Shown in pieces: positions 52,372 through 61,435 of a stretch of 64,000 nucleotides of DNA. The first letter of the stretch is position 1. Every line of letters begins with the position of its first letter. The DNA is from an uncultured Candidatus Saccharibacteria bacterium (GTDB lineage: Bacteria; Patescibacteriota; Minisyncoccia; Phycocordibacterales; CAIZLB01), in NCBI GenBank assembly GCA_964467385.1, contig CAYXQC010000001.1, positions 7,896 to 71,895 on the forward strand. Direction: 5' to 3'. A program made the position numbers and the translations under genes. The notes beneath the pieces are model-generated. The model searched no databases. It had not been told where the DNA came from and was given only the letters and a program-made list of their open reading frames with translations.

Positions 52372-52965
52372 ATGGCAACTGAAATTTCAATGGATTTGAT
52401 TAAAGCGCTTCGAGACAAGACTGGTATCTCTGTGATGCAGTGTAAAAAGGCACTCGAAGAGGCTCAGGGTGACGAGGAAAAAGCGATGATTCTTCTTCGG
52501 AAAAAAGGTGCAGAAATTGCTGCAAAGAAAGGTGATCGAGAATTTGGTGCCGGTTCAGTGCAGGCCTATATTCATTCAAATGGAACTGTGGGTGCAATGG
52601 TTGAACTTGTATCAGAGACAGACTTCGTATCAAACAACGCTGAATTTAAGACTCTTGCATACGATATTGCGATGCATGTTTCGGCTACTAACCCTGAATT
52701 TATCAAGAAGGAAGAGGTAAATGAAGCCGCTCAAGCTAAGGCCAAAGAAGTGTTTGCTGCAGAAGTTGAAGGTAAACCTGAAAACCTCAAGGAACAAATT
52801 CTTGCAGGTAAGCTCGACGCATACTTCAAGGACAAGATTCTTCTCGAACAGCCATTCATCAAGAATCCTGATCTTACGATTAAGCAGTTGATCGAGAATG
52901 CTACTCAGAAGTTCGGTGAACGAATCGAAGTTCGAGAGTTCAAGCGAATGGCAATCGGAAAATAA
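52372..52965 (+). CDS. tsf: elongation factor Ts (short form)
   Basis: LRDKTG..MQCKKAL, ETDFV and LLEQPF. Confidence 0.95.
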   Translation: MATEISMDLIKALRDKTGISVMQCKKALEEAQGDEEKAMILLRKKGAEIAAKKGDREFGAGSVQAYIHSNGTVGAMVELVSETDFVSNNAEFKTLAYDIAMHVSATNPEFIKKEEVNEAAQAKAKEVFAAEVEGKPENLKEQILAGKLDAYFKDKILLEQPFIKNPDLTIKQLIENATQKFGERIEVREFKRMAIGK

Positions 52966-52974
52966 TCAACAATG

Positions 52975-53006
52975 GATGTCCGGCGTATATACGTCTGGAC
53001 ATCTTT
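52975..53006 (+). terminator. intrinsic terminator after tsf
   Basis: GATGTCCGGCGTA/TACGTCTGGACATC hairpin plus T tract. Confidence 0.65.
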
Positions 53007-53020
53007 TGTACATAAAAACC

Positions 53021-53437
53021 ATGTTCATACCACTTATATATTCACTTGTAGGATTAATGTTTGCCCTCGCAATGCTCGGAAACAAAAGCCGAGAACTCAG
53101 CAGGGGTAGGGGTTTTTTAAAAAGTTCATCTACTAAAACAGACTCTTGGTGCCTTGCTGTATATGAGAAAATTAAAACTCTTGGTGGTTCTCTAAAAGTG
53201 GTCACTTCTCGGAAGGCAATCATCCGAGGTGTAGTAAAGTTTGAACAGTTTTGCGTGAAGATGTTCTCTCGACTTGCAAATAGGTTCACTATTGTTGGTG
53301 AAGTGATGATAGGAGGTAGTATTCCAAAAAACAGAGGGTCTGTATCGTTTTTCTTGAAAAATATCGAGGCCAGTAAGAAGCAAAAAGTTCATTCTGCTGC
53401 ACACTCTGGTGGTAGTCATAGCGATTTTACAAGATAA
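53021..53437 (+). CDS. hypothetical membrane-anchored protein
   Basis: MFIPLIYSLVGLMFALAML N-terminal TM; fills the gap before the tRNA. Confidence 0.6.
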   Translation: MFIPLIYSLVGLMFALAMLGNKSRELSRGRGFLKSSSTKTDSWCLAVYEKIKTLGGSLKVVTSRKAIIRGVVKFEQFCVKMFSRLANRFTIVGEVMIGGSIPKNRGSVSFFLKNIEASKKQKVHSAAHSGGSHSDFTR

Positions 53438-53473
53438 AGTTTTTTTGCTAGACTTTCCATACAAATTATAAAT

Positions 53474-53546
53474 GCCACCTTAGCTCAGTTGGTAGAGCAA
53501 CTGTTTTGTAAACAGTGGGTCCCCAGTTCAAATCTGGGAGGTGGCT
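53474..53546 (+). tRNA. tRNA-Thr (anticodon UGU)
   Basis: GCCACCT/AGGTGGC acceptor stem, AGCTCAGTTGGTAGAGC D-arm, ACTGT-TT TGT AA-ACAGT anticodon arm, GTTCAAATC T-loop; CCA not encoded. Confidence 0.97.
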
Positions 53547-53553
53547 CCGTCAT

Positions 53554-53588
53554 AAAGAAAAACCTCGCTATGTGCGGGGTTTTTCTTT
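53554..53588 (+). terminator. terminator after tRNA-Thr (possibly bidirectional)
   Basis: AAAGAAAAACCTCGC-tatgt-GCGGGGTTTTTCTTT. Confidence 0.8.
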
Positions 53589-53605
53589 GCCTGTAAAATC
53601 ATACT

Positions 53606-53634
53606 AAAAAATATGTATGCCTTGCGAGGGTGAG
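53606..53634 (-). repeat. 3' fragment of post-stop structured repeat (type 1 end)
   Basis: Minus strand CTCAccctCGCAAGGCATACATATTTT matches the 3' end of the 37441 copy. Confidence 0.65.
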
Positions 53635-53650
53635 TTTTGCCTGTCCGCTT

Positions 53651-53762
53651 TAAATGAAATTATTCTGATGAGCTGCTTGAAACTTGCGAACTGCCGTGAG
53701 TAGAGGAAAATTTCAGTAGAAATTTTCTGTTTTCACGCAACGAAGAGAAATAATTTTTATTA
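53651..53762 (-). repeat. post-stop structured repeat, type 2 copy D
   Basis: Aligns with 20900-21009; CTCTACTCA...CGCAAG on the minus strand. Confidence 0.85.
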
Positions 53763-53764
53763 CT

Positions 53765-55648
53765 TTAGTTCTTCGATGTACCGATTCCTCTTATGTAATC
53801 GATAGTATAATCTGCAGTTCCTTCTGTAACACAATCTTCACCATAGTACACTTCGCAGTCGCCACCTCCTTGTTGGAGACCTCCGATGACATTTACATTA
53901 GTGGTCCAGACATTTCTGTATTCTTTAAGACTTGATGTCGGCGGAGTATAAAGCATCTTCATGGTACTCTGTGTAGCTTTGTCATACACTTCGAGATATG
54001 TGGAGACGCTACAAGTACATACTATTGATCGAGTGATATAACCTCCAAAGTAGAGATTTTGACTATTGCCACCTGTACCAGTTGTCCCGCCAGAACTTGA
54101 GCCTCCTCCGAGACCACCTAGTGCACCAGCTCCTGAAGACCCTCCACTGCCGCTCGATGAACCACCTTTAACGAGTGGGTCACTTATGAACTTATGGAGT
54201 GGACTAATTTGTCGTAATTGTTCCAGAGCTGGGTCTGCTTGAGGTTTTACACTATCAAGTGGAGCCGTAGCTTGTGAGCCAGGGTTTGTAGTCAGTTGTG
54301 AAGTTGTGTTGTTTCCGCTCGTGTTTCCACTTGAACTATTCACACCTGTGCTGCCAGAGCTATTTGCAGTTGAACTTGCTCCAGCTTCGACGTCACGTCG
54401 GTAGATGGATGCAAAAAGTTCATTATTTGTATCTTTTCTTGTTGAAGTTGCACGCGGATCTACGAATTCTTGGATGGTTGTATTAATGCTTGGTGTGTCA
54501 GCGTTAGGGAATCTGATGACGTGAGTTACAGGAGTTGTACTTTTACCATTTTCATTTTTCACATTCATCACAACATTGATTTCCTGACCTTTGTATTTAT
54601 TGAATGCTTCCATGTAGTATGGCAGATTTCCGATTAAGAATGATGCAAGGCGGCGATCGGTTGATTGGATCTGTATGTTACCGAGATTTGTTTCAAGGGT
54701 ATTCTGCGTTGCGAAATTATTTCCATAGATAGTAATTTCATCATTCATATTAAACGATTTCAAAGGGAATACACCTTCGAGAATTGGTGAAAAAGTAGTT
54801 GGAATCTGTGGAGCGGTAAATGCAAGTGTTGAAGCTGATCCGTAGATATTTCCAGTACTCGAAGCAAGTTTTGCTGTGATAAGTGCAATATCGCTCCCGA
54901 TGACATTGAGATATATATCACCAGATGAAGTTGTGCCATACGTATTGATAAGGCCAATCTCGTACGTACCAGTCAAAAGGCTTGTTGGTACAGTAAATGT
55001 TATTTTTATACCATCTTCAGTAGAAGGGAAGATGCCAATTTTTTGTGAACCAAGGTATATGGTGTTTTTTGTCGGATGAAAATTTGCACCATAAATACTC
55101 ATCATCTGTCCTGCGAAGGCTTTGTATGTCGAAAAGAGGTTGATAAATGATTTGGTCCCCGGGGCGTATGTGATCGGAGAGGTGTCGGTTGGACCGCCTG
55201 TTGCTGTGCTTGTTGTTGTGTTTGAACCCGTACTCACTCCAATTGCGGTAGCGGTTGTGATGTTTTTCTCAAAAGCAATTTGATTAAGTTTTGTACGGGT
55301 CATAGAGCCTACAATTCCTGTAGGGTTGGGTAAACCAGCTGGCACTAAAATCTCATCTCTGTAGAGCTCTTGAAAGCGTTTTACGGCACTTTCAGTCTTT
55401 GCGCCAAAATAGTTAGTAAGTTGTCCAGGAGAACCTGCACCTGTAGCAGATACTGCGGTGCTTGAATTGGTGTTGAGTATGTATTGGAGATATGCGACAT
55501 CTGGGCTAACAGTGTCGCCTAGTTTAAGGTTACGTTGAAAAATATCTCCTGTCGCTGCAAATGTATCAGTGGTGACACTTTGACTAAATAAAAGGGTGGC
55601 AACAAGAATAATTATGAGAGAAGGTGAGGCTTTACCCAAAACGTGCAT
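53765..55648 (-). CDS. secreted protein: peptidoglycan-binding domain, IPT/TIG-like repeats, Gly/Ser linker, Cys-rich C-terminal domain
   Basis: LKLGD..DV.YLQ..L, FGAKTESAVKRFQ, GIVGSMTR; IYGANF/IYGNNF; FGG...CTCS...C...C. Confidence 0.75.
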   Translation of the reverse strand: MHVLGKASPSLIIILVATLLFSQSVTTDTFAATGDIFQRNLKLGDTVSPDVAYLQYILNTNSSTAVSATGAGSPGQLTNYFGAKTESAVKRFQELYRDEILVPAGLPNPTGIVGSMTRTKLNQIAFEKNITTATAIGVSTGSNTTTSTATGGPTDTSPITYAPGTKSFINLFSTYKAFAGQMMSIYGANFHPTKNTIYLGSQKIGIFPSTEDGIKITFTVPTSLLTGTYEIGLINTYGTTSSGDIYLNVIGSDIALITAKLASSTGNIYGSASTLAFTAPQIPTTFSPILEGVFPLKSFNMNDEITIYGNNFATQNTLETNLGNIQIQSTDRRLASFLIGNLPYYMEAFNKYKGQEINVVMNVKNENGKSTTPVTHVIRFPNADTPSINTTIQEFVDPRATSTRKDTNNELFASIYRRDVEAGASSTANSSGSTGVNSSSGNTSGNNTTSQLTTNPGSQATAPLDSVKPQADPALEQLRQISPLHKFISDPLVKGGSSSGSGGSSGAGALGGLGGGSSSGGTTGTGGNSQNLYFGGYITRSIVCTCSVSTYLEVYDKATQSTMKMLYTPPTSSLKEYRNVWTTNVNVIGGLQQGGGDCEVYYGEDCVTEGTADYTIDYIRGIGTSKN

Positions 55649-55655
55649 ATAGCAC

Positions 55656-56450
55656 CTATTGTATCACAGCGGATGAGGTTGCTCCGCTCTGTGTTTTGTT
55701 CGCTTCTGAAGTTTTTGCTTGTTGTTTTTCTTGTTCGCGTAACTTATCAAGTTTCTTTATTTCAGGGATGATATTTTTCATATCTTCAACTGACTTGAAG
55801 CCTGTATATGTGTCATCGTTAAACACAAATGCGGGTAACTTTCGTGAATCAATCCTGTAGATAGATTTAAGGGTTTCTATTGCAGAAAGATCAAGATTTG
55901 TATCAAATGAATAAATCCGGAGTTCAGGATACTGTTCTCTAAGATATGTAAGGACATAGCTCATTTTTTCACATTCAGGGCAGTACTCTTTATTGCCGTA
56001 GAAGTAGAGAATAGAGATCGGTTTCGCACTACATTTTGAGGCGAGCTGCTTCATGAGTATAGAGTCTTTGATTTCGAGAAGGGAATAATATTTCTTTAAG
56101 TATTCAAGCTCTTCATTTTTGTCACCGTTGTTGTTTGATTCGAGGTAAGTGAGTTTTGTGGCGAGGGAATTAAGCTCTTGAGAGAGAATAGAACCATTAA
56201 CATTTTTACATGAAGTTTCTTTGAGAAGATTGAATTGTGTTTCAGAAGAAAGAAGGTCGAGCGAGATCTGATCCTGAATAGCTTTGGTATCGCCGAGCCG
56301 TTTTTCATCAAGAAGATTATTAACATACATAAATCCAGCGAAAATAATGGCTGTAATAATAAAGGTGATGATGTACTTGTTTTTGTCGATCGGTTCGCGC
56401 AAGTTTGTTTTTTCTTGGGTATTCATATTGTTATTTTGATTTGTATTCAT
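55656..56450 (-). CDS. membrane-anchored protein with thioredoxin-like CxxC domain
   Basis: N-terminal TM, ILYFYG...CPEC...RIYSFD...LPAFV. Confidence 0.6.
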   Translation of the reverse strand: MNTNQNNNMNTQEKTNLREPIDKNKYIITFIITAIIFAGFMYVNNLLDEKRLGDTKAIQDQISLDLLSSETQFNLLKETSCKNVNGSILSQELNSLATKLTYLESNNNGDKNEELEYLKKYYSLLEIKDSILMKQLASKCSAKPISILYFYGNKEYCPECEKMSYVLTYLREQYPELRIYSFDTNLDLSAIETLKSIYRIDSRKLPAFVFNDDTYTGFKSVEDMKNIIPEIKKLDKLREQEKQQAKTSEANKTQSGATSSAVIQ

Positions 56451-56477
56451 GTTGTTGATGTTAATTATCTGCAAATC

Positions 56478-57722
56478 TTATCGCCAAGCTGCATCTCTTT
56501 GTCTAATCGTATTATACACGGAGGTTACGAGCCAAAGAGGGGAGATGAATGAATATATAAGAAGGAAGTACACGAAGTCAAATGATTTTTGATCGGTTAC
56601 ACCTGTAAGTCTTTTGCCATACCAGATTGCAAAAAGTACTACGCATACGGCAAATGTTCCGAGGAAAAAAGTCGTCTGAAGATTAAAATAAATCCAATCA
56701 AAATTGATATTCGTAAGACTGAAGTCAAAATTAAATCCAACTGTTTTTATTTTTTCAAAAGTCTTATATGCGTGGGTAAAGAATTGAATTATATTGTATA
56801 TAAGGAAAAGCATTGATCCGGCAATACTGTACATTGCAAGCGGCAAGATCAAAAGGCCGAGATTTCCATAGCGAGGATTCAAAATCATTTTTCTGTAATC
56901 AATAGTGTTTTGAATAAATCCTCCAGTCCATCGTACTCGTTGCTTATATAGTTTGTATAAAGTTCGAGGTCCTACGGTGTACACGATCGCACGATGTGCA
57001 TTTCGGATTCTGTAGTTGTGTTCCTGCAGTCGGAGGGCCATCTCGAGATCTTCGGTATTGTGAGCGTGTCTGTACATTCCAACTTGGCTAAATACTTCTT
57101 TTCTAAAAATGGAGAAAGGGCCAGGAGTCACGTACTGCGCATCGAGAAGCCCTAAAATCTTTCGTGTGAACACACCCATGTTGTATTCTGCGCTCTGTAC
57201 CATCCCGAGGATTGTATCGGGGTTCTGAATTTTGAGTGAAGGTGTCACGGCAGCAACTTGCACATCATCGAAGTATGGCATGATGTAATTCAAAGCTTCG
57301 CCGTCCACAAATGAGTCAGCATCGAGGCAACCAATAAACTCTGTAGTAGCGTGTTGGATTGCGTAGTTCAGTGCTGTATATTTTCCACCGTTTTCCTTTT
57401 TATGGAGAAGTACCTGAGGGTTGCCTTGGAACTGTTGTACTACTTGCCAGCTCTTATCTTTTGAGCCATCGTCTACGACCATAATGAAAAGCTTGTCTTT
57501 AGGGTAATTTAAGTCGAGAAGGGAGAGGACAGTTTTCACTACCGTCTTTTCTTCGTTGAAAATTGGCACAATAATAGTCACCGACGGCTTTCGGTCTAGG
57601 GTGTGACTAGAGCTACTATAGAGATTTCGCTTGTTTTCGACTAAGGTCAATATCAAAAACACCTGAAAATACAGTACGGCAAAGAGGAAGACATATAAGA
57701 ATCCGGTAAAGAAGATAGCCAT
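56478..57722 (-). CDS. processive GT2 glycan synthase (PgaC/IcaA/cellulose-synthase-like)
   Basis: DDGSKD, GGK, DADS, TED and QRVRW (QxxRW); flanking TMs. Confidence 0.88.
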   Translation of the reverse strand: MAIFFTGFLYVFLFAVLYFQVFLILTLVENKRNLYSSSSHTLDRKPSVTIIVPIFNEEKTVVKTVLSLLDLNYPKDKLFIMVVDDGSKDKSWQVVQQFQGNPQVLLHKKENGGKYTALNYAIQHATTEFIGCLDADSFVDGEALNYIMPYFDDVQVAAVTPSLKIQNPDTILGMVQSAEYNMGVFTRKILGLLDAQYVTPGPFSIFRKEVFSQVGMYRHAHNTEDLEMALRLQEHNYRIRNAHRAIVYTVGPRTLYKLYKQRVRWTGGFIQNTIDYRKMILNPRYGNLGLLILPLAMYSIAGSMLFLIYNIIQFFTHAYKTFEKIKTVGFNFDFSLTNINFDWIYFNLQTTFFLGTFAVCVVLFAIWYGKRLTGVTDQKSFDFVYFLLIYSFISPLWLVTSVYNTIRQRDAAWR

Positions 57723-57786
57723 CTAAAGTCTCTATAATATACAGTATTTTGGGCTTTTTTCAATAATACGCTATACTTTGGGCACT

Positions 57787-58584
57787 ATGTCAGACATCTC
57801 GAAAAGTGCGCAAAATGACTCAAAAAGTGGCGCCGCAGTTGCCTCAGTCGCCTCAGAAAACCCTTATATCACAGGGCTTAAGGGTGTGCCGAAAGGTCAT
57901 CTTCACCCGCTCACAGAGGTTCGGATAGAAATTAACCGAATCTTCGCTAAAATGGGCTTTGAAATTGCTGAAAGTCCTGAGGTAGAAACTGAATACAATA
58001 ACTTTGATGTACTTCGAGTAGCCAAAGATCATCCGTCGCGAGATATGCAGGATACATTTTGGCTTAATGAATACGACGGAGAGGGGAATCGACTTTTACC
58101 TCGAACTCACACATCGGGTGCGCAGATCCGTTTTCCAAAAGCACACAGTGCTCCCTTTAAATTCATTAATCCTGGAAAAGTTTTTCGAAATGAAGCAACT
58201 GATGCAACTCATGAAGCAGAATTTTACCAAGTTGAAGGAATGATGGTTGCAGAAAAAGTTACAATGGCTGATCTCAAAGGTACTCTTGAATTTTTTGCTA
58301 AAGAATTTTTCGGACCAAATACTGAGATTCGTTTTCGACCGAGCTTTTTCCCATTCGTAGAGCCTGGAGTCGAGGTTGATGTACGGTGGAAAGATAAATG
58401 GCTCGAAGTTCTCGGTGGAGGTCTCACTCATCCTGAAGTCTTGCAAGCTGGAGGGCTCGATCCGGAAAAATGGCAAGGTTTTGCATTCGGTATGGGACTT
58501 GATCGAATGGTAATGCTCAAGTACGGCATTGATGATATTCGTCAAATGTACAGTGGTGACTTACGTCTTGTAAATCAATTTTAA
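57787..58584 (+). CDS. pheS: phenylalanyl-tRNA synthetase alpha subunit
   Basis: GHLHP, HPSRDMQDTF, RTHTS, RPSFFPFVEP and FAFGMGLDR. Confidence 0.97.
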   Translation: MSDISKSAQNDSKSGAAVASVASENPYITGLKGVPKGHLHPLTEVRIEINRIFAKMGFEIAESPEVETEYNNFDVLRVAKDHPSRDMQDTFWLNEYDGEGNRLLPRTHTSGAQIRFPKAHSAPFKFINPGKVFRNEATDATHEAEFYQVEGMMVAEKVTMADLKGTLEFFAKEFFGPNTEIRFRPSFFPFVEPGVEVDVRWKDKWLEVLGGGLTHPEVLQAGGLDPEKWQGFAFGMGLDRMVMLKYGIDDIRQMYSGDLRLVNQF

Positions 58585-58641
58585 ATAAATTTAGAATAAA
58601 TAAAAGATAAACTTAATCTCAATCTTAATCGCACGAATTTT

Positions 58642-60744
58642 ATGTTAATTTCATACAATTGGATCAAATCATATTTCAAAGAAGCAATCCCTGAACCAAA
58701 GAAGTTGGCTGATATCATCACTATGGGTGCTTTTGAAATTGATGGTATGGAAGAAAAAAACGCGAATGGTGCGAACGGTACTGCCGGCGGCAACAGTGCG
58801 AGCGATACGATTCTCGATATAAAAGTTTTACCTGATCGATCAGCTTATGCGCTTTCACACAGATATATTGCCCAAGAAATCGGAGCACTTATTGGTCAAC
58901 AGATTGTAGTTCCAGAAATTGGCGAGCTGGATGTTGATCAAAGTGTAGAAAAACTCGAAGTGTTAAATGAAGCAGGTGTTACATCTGCTGATGTTCCGTT
59001 TTGTATTCGATACGCAGGTCGGATCGTGCGGGATATAGTGGTTGATGATTCTCCGACTTGGCTCAAAAATCAGCTCGAAGTCCTCGGTCAGCGATCAATT
59101 AGCTCAATTGTAGATCTTACAAACTATGTGATGTTAGAAACTGGTCAGCCACTTCATGCTTTCGATGCGGATAAAGTGAAAGGTGCTATTCGCGTACGGC
59201 TTGCAAAAGAAGGTGAAGAAATCACCCTTCTTGATGGTACTGTCTTGAAACTTTCTCCATCGATGCTTGTGATTGCTGATGATGAAGCCCCGCTTGCGCT
59301 TGCCGGTATCAAGGGCGGTAAAAAAGCCGAAGTAACTCGTGATACTGAAAATATTATTCTCGAAGCGGCATGCTTCAATTCAACAACTACACGAAAAACT
59401 TCACAGCAAGTTAGCATCAAGAATGATTCTTCAAAGCGGTTTGAAAATGGTGTGACTCCTGAGCGTGCAGGTCTTGCTCTTGCACTTTTGTCAGCGAAAA
59501 TTCATGAATTAAATCCAGGTGCAAAGTTTGGTGAGGTGGCTGATGTGTATGAAAATGCAAATTCAAATAATAAAAAAAATGCATCTACAATTGTCATCTC
59601 TGTGGCGTATATTTCAGAGCGACTTGGTTTAAAAATTTCAAAAGAAACCGTTATGGATATTTTGTCACGAATTGATATTGCGGTTACAGAATCTGATTCT
59701 GAATCAACATCAACGCCGGAAAATGACACACTCATTGTCTCAGTGCCAGCATATCGTCCTGATCTAAACATTGCTGAAGATATTATCGAAGAAATTGGTC
59801 GCATCAATGGATACGAAAAAATCAAAGGTCATACACCAGCGGTAGAATCGAAGCGAAGAATCAATAAAAACTTCTACTATCACAATGTAATCCGCAAAGC
59901 TTTAGTTGATCTCGGATTTTCAGAAGTATATACATATACATTGACCGATGCTGGTGATACAAAACTCGCAAATCCTCTGACAGTCGAACGAGCGTATTTG
60001 CGAAATAATCTGTCAAAGCTTATCGCAGAAAAAGCTTTGTTCAATTTGAAAAATGTAGACCTACTTGGACTCAAAGATGTTCGAATGTTTGAAATTGGAA
60101 AAGTGTTTGGTAGTGGAGCTTTGTCTGAACGATTTTCATTAGCACTCACAATTGCACGAAGCAAATTACCAAAAGGTCATGATGCTAAGCTTGAGCTCGA
60201 GGCTATAGGTGAATACGTTTTGACAGCACTCGGCATAGGATCTGGCGAAGGGGTGACTGAAGAATCTTTGATTAAAATAGCTGAGGTTATTCCTACATTT
60301 ACTGAACTTCAAGGTGATGCACAAACTCCATGTGCTGGTCTTGTGATTGAATTTGATCTTGATACTTTAATTGCACGACTACCTGAAATTACAGCTGATA
60401 CTGAAATGAATGCCTTGCCACAAATTAAATTCACACCAATTTCTTCTTATCCATTTTCTGTGCGAGATATCGCAGTATTTGTGCCTGGAGAAAGAGGACA
60501 GGAGGCTACTGTCGAATCTGTAATTGTTGAGGCGCTTTCATCTATAAGTAAGGCGGACCTTCTTGTGCGAAAAACTCTGTTCGATGTATTTACAAAAAAT
60601 AAAGAAGGTGAGCCTGTACGAACTTCGTATGCTTTTCGACTCGTTTTCCAGTCACAAGAAAAGACCTTGGGTGAAGAGGAAATAAGTGAATGCATGAATT
60701 CTGTAAATGAAGCATTCAAAAAAGAAGGGTGGGAGGTGCGGTAG
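58642..60744 (+). CDS. pheT: phenylalanyl-tRNA synthetase beta subunit (lacking the B2 OB domain)
   Basis: MLISYNWI, DLTNYVMLETGQPLHAFD, RPDL...DIIEEIGR and RDIAV. Confidence 0.93.
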   Translation: MLISYNWIKSYFKEAIPEPKKLADIITMGAFEIDGMEEKNANGANGTAGGNSASDTILDIKVLPDRSAYALSHRYIAQEIGALIGQQIVVPEIGELDVDQSVEKLEVLNEAGVTSADVPFCIRYAGRIVRDIVVDDSPTWLKNQLEVLGQRSISSIVDLTNYVMLETGQPLHAFDADKVKGAIRVRLAKEGEEITLLDGTVLKLSPSMLVIADDEAPLALAGIKGGKKAEVTRDTENIILEAACFNSTTTRKTSQQVSIKNDSSKRFENGVTPERAGLALALLSAKIHELNPGAKFGEVADVYENANSNNKKNASTIVISVAYISERLGLKISKETVMDILSRIDIAVTESDSESTSTPENDTLIVSVPAYRPDLNIAEDIIEEIGRINGYEKIKGHTPAVESKRRINKNFYYHNVIRKALVDLGFSEVYTYTLTDAGDTKLANPLTVERAYLRNNLSKLIAEKALFNLKNVDLLGLKDVRMFEIGKVFGSGALSERFSLALTIARSKLPKGHDAKLELEAIGEYVLTALGIGSGEGVTEESLIKIAEVIPTFTELQGDAQTPCAGLVIEFDLDTLIARLPEITADTEMNALPQIKFTPISSYPFSVRDIAVFVPGERGQEATVESVIVEALSSISKADLLVRKTLFDVFTKNKEGEPVRTSYAFRLVFQSQEKTLGEEEISECMNSVNEAFKKEGWEVR

Positions 60745-60829
60745 TTTTGTAAGAGGGCAATGTGTTGGGGCCTTTTCTTGTACAAATCCGTGCACTTTTA
60801 CACACTTTTTTATGCTATAATCCATTCAT

Positions 60830-61390
60830 ATGAAAAAGACACTTATGATCGTGGGGGCAATAGTGGTGGTTGCGGCATTATATATTGGTGGAACTTACAA
60901 TTCGCTTGTCAAAATGAACGAATCAATCAACGGCCAGTGGGCGCAGGTTGAAAATCAGTATCAGCGACGATTTGATCTTATTCCAAATCTCGTGGCAACA
61001 GTTAAAGGTGTAGCGAAGCAGGAAAATGACATTTTCACAGCCATCGCTGAAGCACGAACTCGATATACAAGCGCGGTTACAACAGATGCAAAAGTAGCAG
61101 CGGCAACTCAGGTGGAAGGTGCTCTTGGACGACTTATTGCTATTGCGGAAAATTATCCAACACTCAAGTCTGCTGATAGTTATCAAAGTCTTATGGTTCA
61201 GCTTGAAGGTACTGAGAACCGTGTATCAATTGAACGAAAAGTCTATAACGATACAGTTCGAGAATATAACATGGGTGTAAAAATATTCCCTCGATCACTC
61301 GTAGCTGGTATGTTTGGATTCGGTCAGAAGCAATACTTTGAAGTAAGTGATGCTGCAAAAGTTGTACCAAAAGTTGATTTTGGAAATTAA
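60830..61390 (+). CDS. lemA: LemA family protein
   Basis: QYQRRFDLIPNLV, ENYPTLK and TENRV...R..YN. Confidence 0.95.
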   Translation: MKKTLMIVGAIVVVAALYIGGTYNSLVKMNESINGQWAQVENQYQRRFDLIPNLVATVKGVAKQENDIFTAIAEARTRYTSAVTTDAKVAAATQVEGALGRLIAIAENYPTLKSADSYQSLMVQLEGTENRVSIERKVYNDTVREYNMGVKIFPRSLVAGMFGFGQKQYFEVSDAAKVVPKVDFGN

Positions 61391-61435
61391 GAAATTAAGC
61401 GAAGTATTAAGCTTTGAGTTTATGTACACTATAAA

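Noticed and set aside
53665-53705. Hammerhead-ribozyme-like CTGATGAG...GAAAC...GTA on the plus strand of repeat copy D
   Set aside because: Stem II is essentially absent and stem I does not pair. The sister copy has TTGATGAG and GCA instead of the catalytic CUGAUGA/GUH, so the core is not conserved.
19432-53762. CRISPR array or autonomous IS elements
   Set aside because: The repeats are dispersed single copies without spacers, cas genes or a transposase ORF.
53474-53764. Genomic island integrated at tRNA-Thr
   Set aside because: No integrase and no duplicated tRNA 3' end seen in the window.
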